DNA from: Lama glama
Taxonomy: Eukaryota
Reading direction: 5' to 3'
Assembly: GCA_028534125.1 (NCBI GenBank)
Contig: CM052818.1
Span: forward strand, 27,220,001 to 27,284,000
DNA length: 64,000 bases
The notes under the pieces were generated by a model. It was not told the DNA's origin. It searched no databases and saw only the letters and a program-made list of their open reading frames with translations. The position numbers and the translations under genes are program-made. Below are positions 35,664 through 48,782 of this stretch, one piece after another. How positions within the stretch are numbered: the stretch's first letter is position 1; every line of letters begins with the position of its first letter.

Positions 35664-37084
35664 CTAAAAGAAAGGAACATTGTTTTTCATAAGAGATGAT
35701 GGAGGGGCTACTTATTGTTGGCTTTTCCTTCCTCAGTTCAAGTAGATGGTGCATTCAATTAACACAACACAATACAAACTGTCCTGCGACATGAAAGACC
35801 CAGTTTCTGCACTGACATCATTAATGCTAGACAGTCACTAGCTCTGCAGGGGAGGGAAACATCTTACAACCATTTAAAGGGGAAAAAGTTTACTACTCCA
35901 CCAGGGTCAGAAGCTCTGCTTTTTCATGACAAATGGTGCTGGCTCTACAGGTGTGTGCAAGCTGATGGCACTGGCTGAAATGGAAGAATTTCTTTGACTT
36001 TCCATGAGCTAAATATCATAGCAGCTGCTCTTTAATCAATGCGTATTAAATCATTTGTATGAAATATGTCACAGGAAGTGAAAAAGTTAATACATCTTCC
36101 AGTCTTGATTCATTTCTTAGCCAACTCCCCTCCACTCCTTTCCCCTCCATGGGACTGGATGTGGGGAGACCACATGAGGTGCTGCCTGATGAAGTCTTAA
36201 CTGTCTGGTTTTTACCACTGGAACCACGGAGACTGGAAACTCATCGAGTATATGCATCTGTATTATCTAACTTGATCATACACACTTCATCAACGACATA
36301 CTACAACATGAAACAAAACTGAGAAGAATGGTATTCCTTTAAGCTCAAATAGTTTTTTCTTCTTTTTTTCCCAAAACCTAAGTTCTAAAGGGACCAATGA
36401 GAAAATCCAGTTATTTTTGGCTCCTACATATATACCTGTATATCCTTATTTAATCTGGCTAACAATAACTAGCCTCTATTTTCAAAATACGACAATGGAA
36501 GTCTGCATTAATCACGTACTTCTTCTTGGCCAGGCTCTGCCATATTAACTGATTTTTATAAGAAGGTTACCCAACGTCCATAATACTAAATACTCACAAA
36601 CCGAAATAAAATACATAAAATATAAGTTATACAAGTTACAATAATCCTCTCTGCTCAGAGTGACTGCTGCCTATCCCAAAGTTACCAGCCTCTCAAGAAG
36701 CAAACCTTAAGATAAAGTGGAAAGAAGGGAAAAGTGACAGAGGCGAGATCACGTGCCAAGTTTCCACCAGGAGCTGACTGAGCACCTGCCGGAGACGTGA
36801 AGTCAACTGCCCAAGATGGTGCCTCTAGGAAGGGGCAGCATGAGCTTTAAATCCAGCTCTGTGATTCCAACGCCCAGGTCTTCCCGCTGCCCCCAAGACT
36901 ACAGTCACTTTGGCTCCAGTTCCCCAGTCTTCTGCTTTCTTACTTAAATTATAAGGCCTCAGGCATGGCAAGAACTAGACATTCTTAGAGTTTTGAAAGG
37001 TTCAGTGGGTCCCTGAAACCTCTAGAATTAAAAAGCAAACTTGCTGAAAACATTTTCATTGATAGAAACAGGCCTGAGTAGAAA

Positions 37085-37180
37085 CCAGTGATGTCAAACT
37101 TTTCTATCTTACCTGAATCACCGAGAGGCTTATAAAATGTGCTGACTCCCATGGGTCCTGATTCGGTAGGTCTGGGCTGG
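37085..37180. mobile_element. MER5A-like hAT fragment
   Basis: cagtgatgtcaaact...gaatcacc...ctgattcggtaggtctgggctggg. Confidence 0.55.
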
Positions 37181-39699
37181 GTGGTGCTGGCTGTGTGGCA
37201 GGATGGTGTTTAGCTCACCCACTGAGACACCCTGACATGTGGAATGAGTTTCCTGGAGGAATCTGGGAAGAACCTCCCTCACCACCCCTCGATGTCTGTG
37301 TGACATCCTTCAGGGCCACACCCCCCAGCCCCGCCCTGCCTGCTCTGGTGCAGCCTCACCCCATCCTGTGCCTATCACAGGGCTGACCTGCTGCTGCCTT
37401 CTGCAGCCACGGCGAAAAAGGCTAACGTGAGAGCCGTGCCCCAAACCCGTGAGCGTCCGCATCCAAGCAGCAGAGACCTCTGTGGAGGCCCCTGGGGCTG
37501 GGGTCAGTTCAGCCCAGCTCAGCGTCTTTCCCGGGGGAGAGAAGTAGCTCTGAAATTCCTGTGCCTCGTACCTGCCTACGGGGAGGTTGCCGTGAAACCC
37601 CGCACACACAGACTTGACAGTGTGGGTTCTCTTCCCAGAGATGCTTAGAAAGGCTCCACTTGGTGAAGGTGAGGGAAGTTGGATGGATCTGCCTAGGATG
37701 GAGGAGGATGTCCTACTGGTAGTTACTTAATCACCACTGTTCAACAAATGCTTCCTGAGCACCTCCTATGTTGTGGAAGGCACCAGCTCAAGTTTCGGGG
37801 CTACGGCTGTGAGCAGGACCAGTCCTATCCCACGGGTCGCTCGTGGTGAGTTACTTCTCACCGTTTGGCAGCTCGGAGCCTGTCCTCTGGATCATTTGCT
37901 CCAGTGAACTCGGTTCGGCTCTGATTAAAAGCCATCCATGCCTCCTCCTTTATCACAAAATACTCAGAGCTCTAGTTCGGAGCCCTCAAGTCTAAGGGGA
38001 GAAGGTCATTTCCCTTTAATGGGAACTTAATAGGGAAGCCGTCTCTGAGCAGTTTTGCCAAAAAGGATAAATCTTTCAGCAAAAAAACTGCCTGGAGAAA
38101 CAAAAAGAAGCGTTAAGTGCTGTGTTTCTATGCCGAGACCTAGGCCTCCCATGGCCAGAGATTACATTCAACCCCTGCTCTAAACTATAACCCTTCCGGC
38201 ACTGACTGCAAGAAACCTTTACAGCTGCCAGCACTGAGATGACCGGGCCAGGGGAGTGACACAAATTTCACCTGGCCAGGCTGCACAGATCACAGGCACT
38301 GGGTGACAATTAAAAGTGACTCCCGGGGTCAGAGTTGATCTGAACTTCAGAGGAACCTAAGCCAACTTACTGGGGATGTATTTTACATCCAGAGGCACCT
38401 GGCCCATTGTAAGAGCCACCCTCCCTAAAATGTCCTTTTCTGGATATGGGGCAGGATGCTTGGGGCTTGCAAGGTGAGGGCACCTTTTTTTGGAGATGGA
38501 ACCGTAAGTCAACTTAGGACTGGGAATCCCAGGTCTTCTACCAACTAACTCCCTGCCTGGCTTTGGAAAATGTGCTTAACTTTTCTGACCCTCAGTTTCT
38601 TCTACAAAATGGGACAAGTCCTAATCAGCAAACCAGTTTACAGGTCTGGTACTCATATCCAAAGATGGCAGAGGGGGAGAGTGCGCTGTAAGGTGAGGCT
38701 AATCAGAATGTTAGCCGATGTGTGCAGGGGACAAAGCGAAGTAGCCTGAGCCTTCCTGACAGGAAGCGGAAATCTGAAACTCCAGCAAAAGGCCTTGATC
38801 AACATCACACAGAGAGCAGATGAGAAAATGGGACAGGAATCCAGGCTTCCTGGCGGGTCACCCTTAATCGAATGTAAAGTGGCAGAGCTTGACTACAACA
38901 ATTTGCTGAGATAAGATGGAGAAGTGATTCATCAGTAATACATCAGATGCAGAAAAGAGCATTAACAGAGATTAAATTTCAATCCAACAGTAAATGCTGA
39001 CTGAGAGGTCACTGGAGAAATCTCTAGTAACGAACAAGGATGAGTGTGAAACCTGTACCCTCTCCTTTATTAAACTCACAAACCGAGGAGAGAGAATCTC
39101 TACCTCTATTCCGACCACCATTGGTTGAAGGGCAACACCTACCATGCGGGGTACAGCGGCCCTGGCCTCTGGTCTCCTCCTGGAGTCCCTCCTACACACC
39201 ACCCTGTTAGTTTCCCAAGCTCCTCCACGCTCCCTTCATTCATTTGCTCAAACATGAGCCTCCCACACCCTACCAAGGACAACATCTACCTCTTCATTTA
39301 ACAATTAAGGCCCTAAAAATCTTGACCAAAGTCATCTTTTCTGTCCTTACCTCCTGCTACTAGAACTCTCTACTCCAAGGGCGTCTGGCCTTGACCTTTC
39401 TGTCTCAGGGTCTTTGGTCAGATGACCCTCTGCACTGCAATAAAGAGAGCTCACCTGCCCTTCAAGGTCTAGCTCAATCCTGCTTCCGTGAAAGCCTCCG
39501 AGACCCCTCTACTCCAAGGAAAATCCGATTGTGAACTTGGCATTTGTGCTCTGCAACTGAGTTGTGTAACTGTTGCCTCCAGTTCACCCCTGCTCCTCTT
39601 TCTCTCTAGAAACCACCCTAAGAAGATGCTGTCACCACCACTGGAAGGAAACAGCTCCTGTCAAGACGATCAGGACAACAGTCAGTTCCCGCTTCTCAA

Positions 39700-40827
39700 C
39701 GGATGTCACCCAACGGCACTGCCCGCGCCCTCTCTCGGCTTCTTCCCATGGGGCAGGGCTGCTTCTCTGTGTCCTTTGCTAGTTCCCCCTCACCTGCCCA
39801 CATATCAAAAGTCGGAGGGTCCCTGGGCTCAGTCCCGGGCTCCCTTTTCCGTCTCCCCTCATCCCTTGCGTGACCTCGTCCGGTCTCAAGGCTTACACAA
39901 ACCACCTGTGGCTGACAACGTCCAAATTTACAGATCCATTTCCACTCTCTCTCCTGAACTCCAGACTAGATAGATATTTGCTGTCTATTCATTATCTCCA
40001 TTTCGATGTCTGGTGGAGATTTAAAAGTAGAAACACCCCAAACCAAAATGATTCTACCCCAGAGCCACAGCTCCACGTTTGAGTCTAAAACATTATGGTC
40101 ATCCTTGGCTTCTCTCTTCCTCTCACCCCTCACGTTGGGTTCAAATCCTACGGAGTCCACCCTTACACAATTGCTGGAACCCGACCACTTCCCCCAAGCT
40201 CTGTACCCGCTGCCTGGTCCAACCCACTATCAGCTCTTGCCTGGCTCACCAGTCTCTCTGCTTCCTCTCTCGTAAGTCCCATCCCATTGCTGCTCTGCTC
40301 AAAACCCTCCAGTATCTTTCACTCAATAAAAGCCTGCCATCACCCACCAGAGCCTGCGTTTTGGTCCATGGCCACTTCTCTGCTTTCCTGTCCTCAGCCT
40401 CCCTGCCCATGGGGCCCCATCCACACACCTTCCCTGCATCTCCCTGAACATGCATGGGATGGTCCCACCCCTGGCTCTTGCCCTGCCTACACCCAGAGGT
40501 TCAGCCTCTACCCCACTATTCCTGCCATTTCTCTGAGTCCCTTTATAAATATCACCTGCTCAGTGAGGCGTTCCCAGGTCATCAAAACCGCCTGTCCCCT
40601 CTTCTGCCCCCACCCCCATCCTGGTCTTGCTGTATTTTCTCTACAGCCTGGATCCTCAGCTTGTGTGCTGTCTGATTACTGTTTATTTGTTTGCTGCCTG
40701 TCCCTCCGTGTGAAAACATCAGCTCCATGAGGACGGGGACTTGGCTGGACTCACTGCTGTCTCTCCAGGGCCTCAAACAGTGTTTGTGCAGAGGCGGCAC
40801 AAAATGAATCTTGGTGGAATAAATAAG
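39700..40827 (+). mobile_element. L2 LINE, ~1.1 kb, from the reverse-transcriptase region to the 3' tail
   Basis: Residual peptide VADNVQIYRSISTLSPELQT resembles the L2 RT YADD region, and LLKTLQ follows. Tail agctccatgaggacgggga...gaataaata. Confidence 0.82.
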
Positions 40828-42247
40828 GTCATTTCACCATTGATATCATTCAAAACTACAGATTACTAGGAAAACTGCTATGACACTTGTGAAACAGGTG
40901 ATATGTACTAGATAAAGCAACTCCAACGAGAAATACACATTTTTCCTCACTCTTCTCATGCAAAACACTTAAGAATTTTCCCCCAAGCAGACACCGAGTG
41001 GTAAGCCATCACGGAAGTGAGCTTCTGACTCAGTCTACACCTTAAACAAGACCACGGAGACTAAACTACGAACAGCACCCAACTCAGGGATCTGCAAAGG
41101 GCTCAGCCCTCTGACTTGGCAGAACATCCCATCCTTTTTAGGCGATAAATAAACGGACGCTTTTAGAAATGCCCAATTAGGGCAAGTTTGCACAACACCT
41201 AAACAGCAGGCAAACGTGTGCAGAGCTCAATGAATCTCTTCGGGCTGAACCGGCTGGCCCGTTTTACAGGCGCATGATGTAGGTGTACATGCAGGCTGCC
41301 GTGACTCCTAGCCCACGGTACCACCACCGACTCTCGTGCGTGGAGCAAGCGTCTCTCACAGAATGTCGCAAAAAACCACAGAACAGAGGTGAAGATGGGG
41401 AGGTTCCCCACTCGCTCAACACCTCCGTGGACTCTGAGAGTGAGCTTTCTCTTTGGTCTATGTGGTTTGGACTGCGTGCAGTCTGTGTATTTAGGGCTTC
41501 AGATCTGGAATGCTGCCCAGGGGCTGTCCTGCCAAGGGCTCAGGTCCCGCACTGCTAGGATCAGGGGCAGAAAGTAAAGGAGCTGTTTTGGCTGGAGACA
41601 CAGACACAGAAGCCAGGAGAAGGCCTGGGGGAGGATCTGAGCAGCTGTGAGGGACTTAGGTTTGTACCTGGGAGCTGACACTAAGGGTGGAATGCTGGGG
41701 AAGGTGCGGGCACGCGGTTATGCAGCGGCCAGCCTGGGGCACGCCCCTGCGGCTCCCGCTTAGTGGGAAGAGATGGGAGGTTTAGGGTGGGCTGGGAGCA
41801 GGCTGCAAGGGATGGCCTGGGCACCACTGGGACTGCTGAACTGAAGGAAGACCGCACCATTTCAGAGTCACGTGCTTTACGTGCAGCTTATTCACCCTGC
41901 AGAGGCTATTAAGTGTATTCAGTACTGTGTCCGATCCTGGACCTTTCTCACCAGGCACATCCAACACCACACTGAAACCAAGCTACTCAGACATGGCAGG
42001 TGTCACACACAGGCCTGTCAGGCCCACGAGGCCTGCCACTCAAGTTTAGAGAATGCAGGTCAGAAGAACCAGAGCCATTCTGGCCTGGAAGCAAACTCCC
42101 CTGAAAGTCACCGTCTCTAAGTCACCCCCTGCCATGTCTCTGGCCACAGGAACTAACGGATGGGCGGACCAGAGTCCAAGTCTGCTCCAGCTTCCTCTTA
42201 AATCAGTGTTACAGCTCTGAAAAACAGCAGGACGCTGGCGTCAGTAC

Positions 42248-42442
42248 CTGGACACATGGGACAGCAGCTTCCTTCCACGTTGATGGGCTGGACGCAGGGC
42301 AGCGGCGGGCAGCTGACGGTGGAGCAGAGGGTCTGGCCCTGCAGGCAGTAGCAGTGCGTGCAGCTGTCAATGTCCCAGCGCTCCTCGTCGGCATAGGCCC
42401 TCCCGCTGAAGTGGCACACCGCCTTCTTTGGGATCGTGTCTT
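42248..42442 (-). CDS. CRIM1: CRIM1 VWC (chordin-like cysteine-rich) exon, last repeat (195 nt): EDTIPKKAVCHFSGRAYADEERWDIDSCTHCYCLQGQTLCSTVSCPPLPCVQPINVEGSCCPMCP
   Basis: CxxCxC and CCxxC VWC signatures. Acceptor ttttcactag and donor gtactg on -. Confidence 0.97.
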
Positions 42443-45029
42443 CTAGTGAAAAGAACAGCACACACACGGTGGGGTCGCTCCACATGACAAACACAATTTC
42501 TCATCAGACTTGAGACCTGAAAGGGGGAGGGGAAGGGCCCTGCACAACCACAGCAGCTCTAGGATTTCCGGAACTGGGCGAAACGCCCGTTCCCCAGCCC
42601 CCGACTGTCATCCTCCTCTGCGCAGCAGAGGCTCGGGAAGGCTCGTCCTGTGGCCCAAACCCGATCAAGGGCCACTGAGGCTGACACACCCGCTGGCTAT
42701 GGATCTTGCGACCCTCATCGCAAAATACGCAAACTCAGTCACTGAACGGCTGCTGAACGTACTACCCTAGAAAACCACGACTGAAACACCAACAGGCAGA
42801 GGGGCAGGTTTGAGGGTTCTGTTCCACGTGGAAAAAGAAAAAGCCCTGCTGAGTATTACAGAAGGAATTCAAGGCGCTCCTATCTCCAGTTAATCTCTAC
42901 GTAAATGATGCCGGGACACTAAGGAATGGCAATGGCGGGTTTCCTGCGCTCTCCCAGAGGGGGGCTAGCACGGAGATAACCGTGTCCTTCATTTTCCAGC
43001 GCTGCTGGGGGGATTCCCCTCTCATCAACCAGGACATTCCTACTTTTAAAAACAACCTCATGTCATTTCAGTCCATTTCTTTTTCCCCCAGCAAACTATG
43101 CTTTTTCAGAACAATCTAATTTTAAGAGCTATTTTTATGTGTAAGAATTTATGGCTTTACATGTTCTGTTCTTTTTCCTGCGTTCTCCCCTGCCATCCTC
43201 AAACACCACCCCCATCCCAACCTTTTCCTTGAAAGTTCCTTTCTCTCTGACTTGAGGCCCTGTCCTGGTTTACCCGATCTTACTAGTGCTCACCTTCCCT
43301 CCAGAGTTCAAGGGCGGCACCGAGTAAGCCCAGGGGCCAGCAAAGCAGGGATGGGGCCAATCAAGGGGGAACATGGGTTGGGGGTCGGGCAGCACATCCG
43401 TGTCATCAGACAGGCTGGTAACTGGACGTGACTCCGACTAATCTGCAGAAATTTTACGCTCAGATTCTACAGGCAGCTTCACTCACCACTGGTCGCTAGT
43501 AAATGAAAAACCATAAAGGAATCTGGAAAGAAAGTTCCTTAGGAAAGAAGTGTCCAGGGCTCAGGTTCTCCCTGACGGCACCTGGAAGCTCCAGCAGGGT
43601 CAGCTCACGGCCCAGGCCCCAGGACAGAACCCCGAGGGGCACTGATGTCAGGCGCCCCGCACTCTGCGGCCAAGTGCTGCCGGGTGGCTGGAAGCTGTTC
43701 TCTGAGGAGACTGAGCTCGAACTTCCCGCCGAGCTGTTCCAGAGGGGGTCCCAGACAGAAACCGCTGTCTTGGGCATCCACCTTCTCTTCCCACCGGTCA
43801 CCCGAGCGTGTGCCCCCGACTAAGGGCACTAGTCATGTCCTGTGACTATACTGTTTTGTATTTCCAAAGGTGTAAGTCTTGCTCCATTGTGCAGTGGTAT
43901 AAGCAAGCATGGGAAGGCCTCATTGTCAATCTCTCTGTTTCCCCACGTTTTCTCATTATTTCTCTCATTACTGCTGCCTGAGGTTCAACAAGGGATATTG
44001 AGCAATTACAGTAAGTTCTAGCTGTGAGCATTAATTCTTTTCCAATATCTACTTAAAAACATACTTCGCTGTCTATGTGAGTGTTCTGCAGGAAGTTTTC
44101 TGGCGCACTGACTGTTGAAGCTTAAAAACTCACGGGGAAGCTTTCACACCAAACTTGTGGCAGAAGTTTTTGCCAATCTGAAATCCTTACAGGAGGCGGC
44201 TTCATTAAGATATCCAAAATGTACATGTCAAATGGCTGAGGAGAATCATTTAACAAACTTAATTCAAGTAATATACTGACCTCCAGCCAACATCTCACTG
44301 AGGACATTAGATTTGCCATCAAATCTAGAGTCTCTTATGGAGAGAAATCTTTATGAAAGGAAGCATTTCTTCATAAAGCAATATTACTGATTATATTTTA
44401 CATAAACCTTGTCACAGCTCACAGGATGGATCAGTATCAGTGCATAAAATTTGAGTAATGTATCACCATGCAAGGACCTTAGAGAAGGTTAAACTCCTCA
44501 CTCCATCTCATCCATCACTTTCTACTGTGCTTTTCCTCCTCCAGCCATTTTGCCGGTTCTCTCCTTAGAGGAAAGGAATGAGGCAGAGGCACAGAAAGGA
44601 TAAGGACTTCATAAAAAATGTTCAAGTCAAGGCTAAACACTGGTCTGTATTTTCTCAAGATGTTGGCAAAACATATTAGATCTTAAGATATTTAATTAAT
44701 CAATGCTAATATCTGTGACGTTAAAATTATCTGTTATTAAAAATAGTCATTGTGTGTTAAATATTACAAAGACATTCATTCACTTATTCTACAAACTTTT
44801 ATCATCAGTGGAAAAAAAAAAGGCACGGCCTGGACCCTGACCTAGAGGACTGAGCAGAAGTGGTGGAGACAGGCTGGGGACCGTGCAGCACCTGCTGTGC
44901 TGTGAATTAAACACGCAGCTCAGAGGGCAGAGCGACTGGCTCTGTGGGGGAACTGGGCGAGGCTTTGCCCATGATCTGCTGCTTCAGTTTTACTTTGAGG
45001 GCTGAGCAGAAGATGAAGCAGCTAGAGGG

Positions 45030-45370
45030 AGGGCACACATCAGAGGGTGGAGTGTCCAGCAGCCCACCATGCTGGAAGGATGTGAGGGCTGTCGGGGCCG
45101 TGCACACGACGGCTGGGATAAGGCCGTAAAAGGCCTTCAACAGCAGCCACAGATTTAGATGCCTTCCCGCAGTCGAGGAGACGGGCCTGATCAGCTTTGT
45201 TTTCAAGACGAGGACTCTGGAATGTGACAGTGTGGAAGACCAAGTGGGGCTAGGAGGATGGGGATACTGTTCAAGGGGGCGTGACACGGGCCTGAGTTAA
45301 CGCAGGGGCAAGGGCGCTGGAACGGCAAGGCGGGGCTGGAGAGATGTTTCTGAGAAACAGCGGTCAGGAT
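45030..45370 (-). mobile_element. L2 LINE fragment, GC-enriched
   Basis: ggcctgatcagctttgttttcaagacgaggactctgg...ctggagagatgtttctgag antisense L2 pattern. Confidence 0.5.
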
Positions 45371-45709
45371 GTGGATGGGGAGGGAGACGGGCACAAAGAA
45401 AGACCCTGTTTCTTGGAACAGAAGGCAAGGCAGACGTAATTCCAATGCGTGAGTTGTTTTCCTGCTTTAAGAATTAAACAGCTGGTGAGCTTGTGGAAGA
45501 CCCGGTCAAGCCTGATCAAACCAGGTTTCCCAGTGAATCACTCAGAGCTGCAGGGGTGGACCTTCCAAAGCTCAGCCTTTCTGTGTGAACATGACCAGGA
45601 AGCTCTCACTAGGGTAGAACTGATTTGGGGCTCAACAAGACAAACAGGGACAAATTTTAGTCACTGGAATCTACTACAAGTACAGTGGTGAGGGCTAGGG
45701 TAACAGACA

Positions 45710-46490
45710 AAACTGGCAGTATCCTTTGAGTATCTTTAAGAAGCGTATACTTCCCTGATCCAGTAGCTCTATTTCTAGTAAGCTATCCCAAGGAAATAAT
45801 CAAAAAAGGCCTCAAATAAGCTGTTTATGTAAGCATTCATCACAGGATTATAGATAACAACAAGAAGTTATGGCTCTTTCCCTCCCTGTCTGCTTCAAGA
45901 TCAGCCGCCATCACGAATGACACAGTAACTGTCCGGACCAGGAAGGTCGTGACCAGCCGCCTGCTTCAGCGGAAACAAATGGTCGCTGATGCCCTTCACC
46001 CTGGGAAGGCAACAGTCCCTCAGACAGAAATCAGTGAAAAACTCGCCGAGACGGGTGAGACCACGCCAGATGTCATCTTTGTATCCAGATTCAGAGCTCA
46101 TTCTGGTGGTGGCAAGACCACTGGCTTTGGCATGACTTACGATTCCTTGGATTAGGCGAAGAAAAATGACCCCAAACACAGGCTTGCAAGACATGGTCTA
46201 TACGAGAAGAAAAAGGCCTCGAGGAAACAGCGAAAGGAACGGAAGAACAGGATGAAGAAAGTCGGGGGGACTACGAGGGCCCATGTTGGTGCTGGCGAAA
46301 AGAAGGAATAAAGATTCTGCAGTGGTTAACTGTGGTGATTGTGCAGATTTTTCATGAGAGGATTAATAAACTAAAAACTGTTACAAAGACAAAGAAATTA
46401 TGGGAAAAAAATCTGTGCCCAACAATATGGGAATATTTAAACGACTCATGATACAATCATATGAGGGACTCCCGTGCAGCTATTAAAATG
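45710..46490 (+). mobile_element. Ancient L1 (L1M-type) ORF2 3' fragment, interrupted by the RPS24 retrocopy
   Basis: tgatccagtagctctatttctagtaagctatcccaaggaaataat...cattcatcacaggattat on the left continues as tgcccaacaatatgggaat...gcagctattaaaa on the right. Confidence 0.65.
45874..46391 (+). pseudogene. RPS24: Processed pseudogene of 40S ribosomal protein S24 (eS24), full length, antisense within a CRIM1 intron
   Basis: Intronless 132-codon frame at 45913-46311 (RLLQRKQMV...GGKTTGFGM...[14 protein letters not shown]). Start is mutated to ACG and there is a premature TAG at 46153. Pyrimidine 5' leader, AATAAA at 46365, degenerate A tail. TSD aagaagttatgg (45862-45873) and aagaaattatgg (46392-46403). 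Confidence 0.96.
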
Positions 46491-46720
46491 CATGACTTGT
46501 AGTATAAGCTCAACGATGTAAAAAGGAAAATTAAAAACCATCCAGAGATGAAAACGTTAATAGTAACTCTTAGAATCAAGGATGAATTTTTCTCTTTAAC
46601 TTTTTTTGTTGTTGTTGCAATGAACATGAGTTACTCTTGACAATGAAGCAAAAATATTAAAATGGGTATCTCCAACAGACGTGTGCACGCGTTACCAAGC
46701 TCCCCCTTGTCCCCGGCAAA

Positions 46721-46744
46721 CACACACACACACACACACACACA
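46721..46744. repeat. (CA)12 microsatellite
   Basis: Directly visible. Confidence 0.95.
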
Positions 46745-48678
46745 GATACTGAAGGGAAGTGCTCAGCCTGAGCCTCGCTCTAAAGAACCTGGTCATGCAG
46801 TGTGGTGCTTTCTGAATGCTCCTGACCCACTTTGAAGAATTTCAATGGACTGAAAGAAAATTAAACCATGGAAGATATGCCAGAGACCAAATGCTGAGCT
46901 ACAGCATAACAGCGTTTACAGAACTACTCATTCAGTGACTGAGATCACCATCGAAAAGAGTGTTTACAAAATAATACAAGAGGGACAGCAACTGCTCGGA
47001 TGCCCTGGAGGCAACAGGCTGAACCAAGAACTTTCCACCACATATCAGATGAAACTAAAGTTTCCCATTTGATTTTGTTACAAAAATGAGTCTTTTCCTA
47101 AATTCAGTGACGATTAAGAGTTCAAAGTAGCAATATGTTGACAAGGAACACAGTGAAACCCATTAAGTTGGAAGCCCCACAGAGACACCAAGCAGGCTCT
47201 GTGCATACTTGCTCAGAGGCGGAGTCAGATCAGTGGAGCCTCCAGAGTTTCAGTGGCCATGATGAAGCTCTTCCCCTTCAGGGAGGGGGCGACGACCATG
47301 GACCCAATTTCCAGGTGCTTCCACCAACTTATCTCTATTCCATTCAGCTCCGCTCATCAGATTACCTTGGAAGCATCTTGCCTTCAACCTCAGTTCATTT
47401 TCAATGGAGTTAATTCTGACTTGAGATCAGGAAGGTCTTACTAGGGTTAAGCAACTGGTGGAGGGTGTATCTCCTTGGAGGTGGCAGAGAGTGAAACAGG
47501 GACCAATGGCCCCCAAAAAGACCCTGTAAAGGGAACTGGATGTAGGAATGAGGATCCTCAAGGTCTCACATAAGTCTAAACCAGTGTTTAGGCTGGAATG
47601 CAGAGCACAGTTGCTCTCCTTAGAGATCGCAGGTCAGAGGAGGCAGGTGGGAGAGAGAAGAGAGATGGTTCTGAAAGGATCTAGGTGCCGAGCACTGAAG
47701 AGGAGAACCAGCAACTGCAGAGCATTTGTGGTGCCCAGGTGCTGAGCTCAGGACCCCGCCTGGTTCAGCCTCACAGCAACTCTGTGACGTAGGGCTGTCT
47801 ATCCTAGTCTTGTGGAAACTCAGGTTCAGTGAGGGGAAGAAAGTTGATGTGACCGAGCCAGCAGGCAGTGGAGCCTGCATCTAGTCCTGGCTCCACCTGA
47901 CTGCAAAGGCCACGTTCTCTGCCCTGTGCTCTACCTAACAGCTCCCTTTCTTACCCTCCCAGGAACACACAGAACCCCCGTCTCATGGTCTGCTGTGCCT
48001 GGGCCTCTCTGGAAAGGTGGACAACCTTCTGGCTAGGCAACATTTTCAGGTGGAGGCCACGCTGGATCCAGGGTGCTGACCGGGGGTGAGCCACGCTTAG
48101 CAGTGGATGTTTTATGTCAGGGCCGGCCGGCTTAAGGACGAGGACTTCAATCCACAATGAGCCCATTTTGGAGACGGCAGCAGAGAAACTTGTAGGAGGG
48201 GGTTTTCCATAATATCTCTACCTCTGATCAGTGTGAATCACAGTATCAATATATTTCCTAACAGTAAAGTTTGTTTCTTCAAACATGCTTTAAAACAAAG
48301 CCACATTTAAGTCATGGGTTGGTCACCACTCTGTGGAATTCTCATGTGAAAGAAATGGAGGACTCTTGCTTTTGAAAAAGCCTTGACTAATTTTTTTCTG
48401 GAGTGGCTGCTATGTGGCCAAGATTAGACTAGATTTCAGGTAATCAGATTTTAGTTAAGGAGGTTTAGAGAGACATCTTTCTACTAACTTTCATCTGAAA
48501 AGCCTGAGATCATCTAAACTGAGGCCTGGAAGTGTGCTGGAAGTCTGGCTGACTGATGGGTCTTGGGGTCCGTTGTTTCTTACATACTCCTTTCTCTCCC
48601 CGGATGGACCACTTCCTTCTGCGGCACATCTGGGTCAATCTGAGAAAGCCCTCTCAGAAAGTTTTAGAAACAACTTGG

Positions 48679-48782
48679 AAAAAAATAAGGAAATGAATAT
48701 ATGTATGTATATGCATGACTGGGATGTTATGCTGTACACCAGAAATTGACACACTGTAACTGACTATACTTCAATTAAAAAA
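48679..48782 (+). mobile_element. Very short 5'-truncated L1 3' end with polyA and TSD
   Basis: atgctgtacaccagaaattgacacactgtaactgactatacttcaatt followed by an A tail. Flanks aaacaacttgg (48668-48678) and aaatgacttgg (48783-48793). Confidence 0.85.

Noticed and set aside
39488..40730. 161-aa and 211-aa Pro/Ser/Leu-rich ORFs
   Set aside because: They fall within the decayed L2 element, whose pyrimidine-rich strand has few stops.
45949..46155. Functional RPS24 retrogene
   Set aside because: Lost ATG, premature TAG at codon 81 and many replacements at invariant residues.
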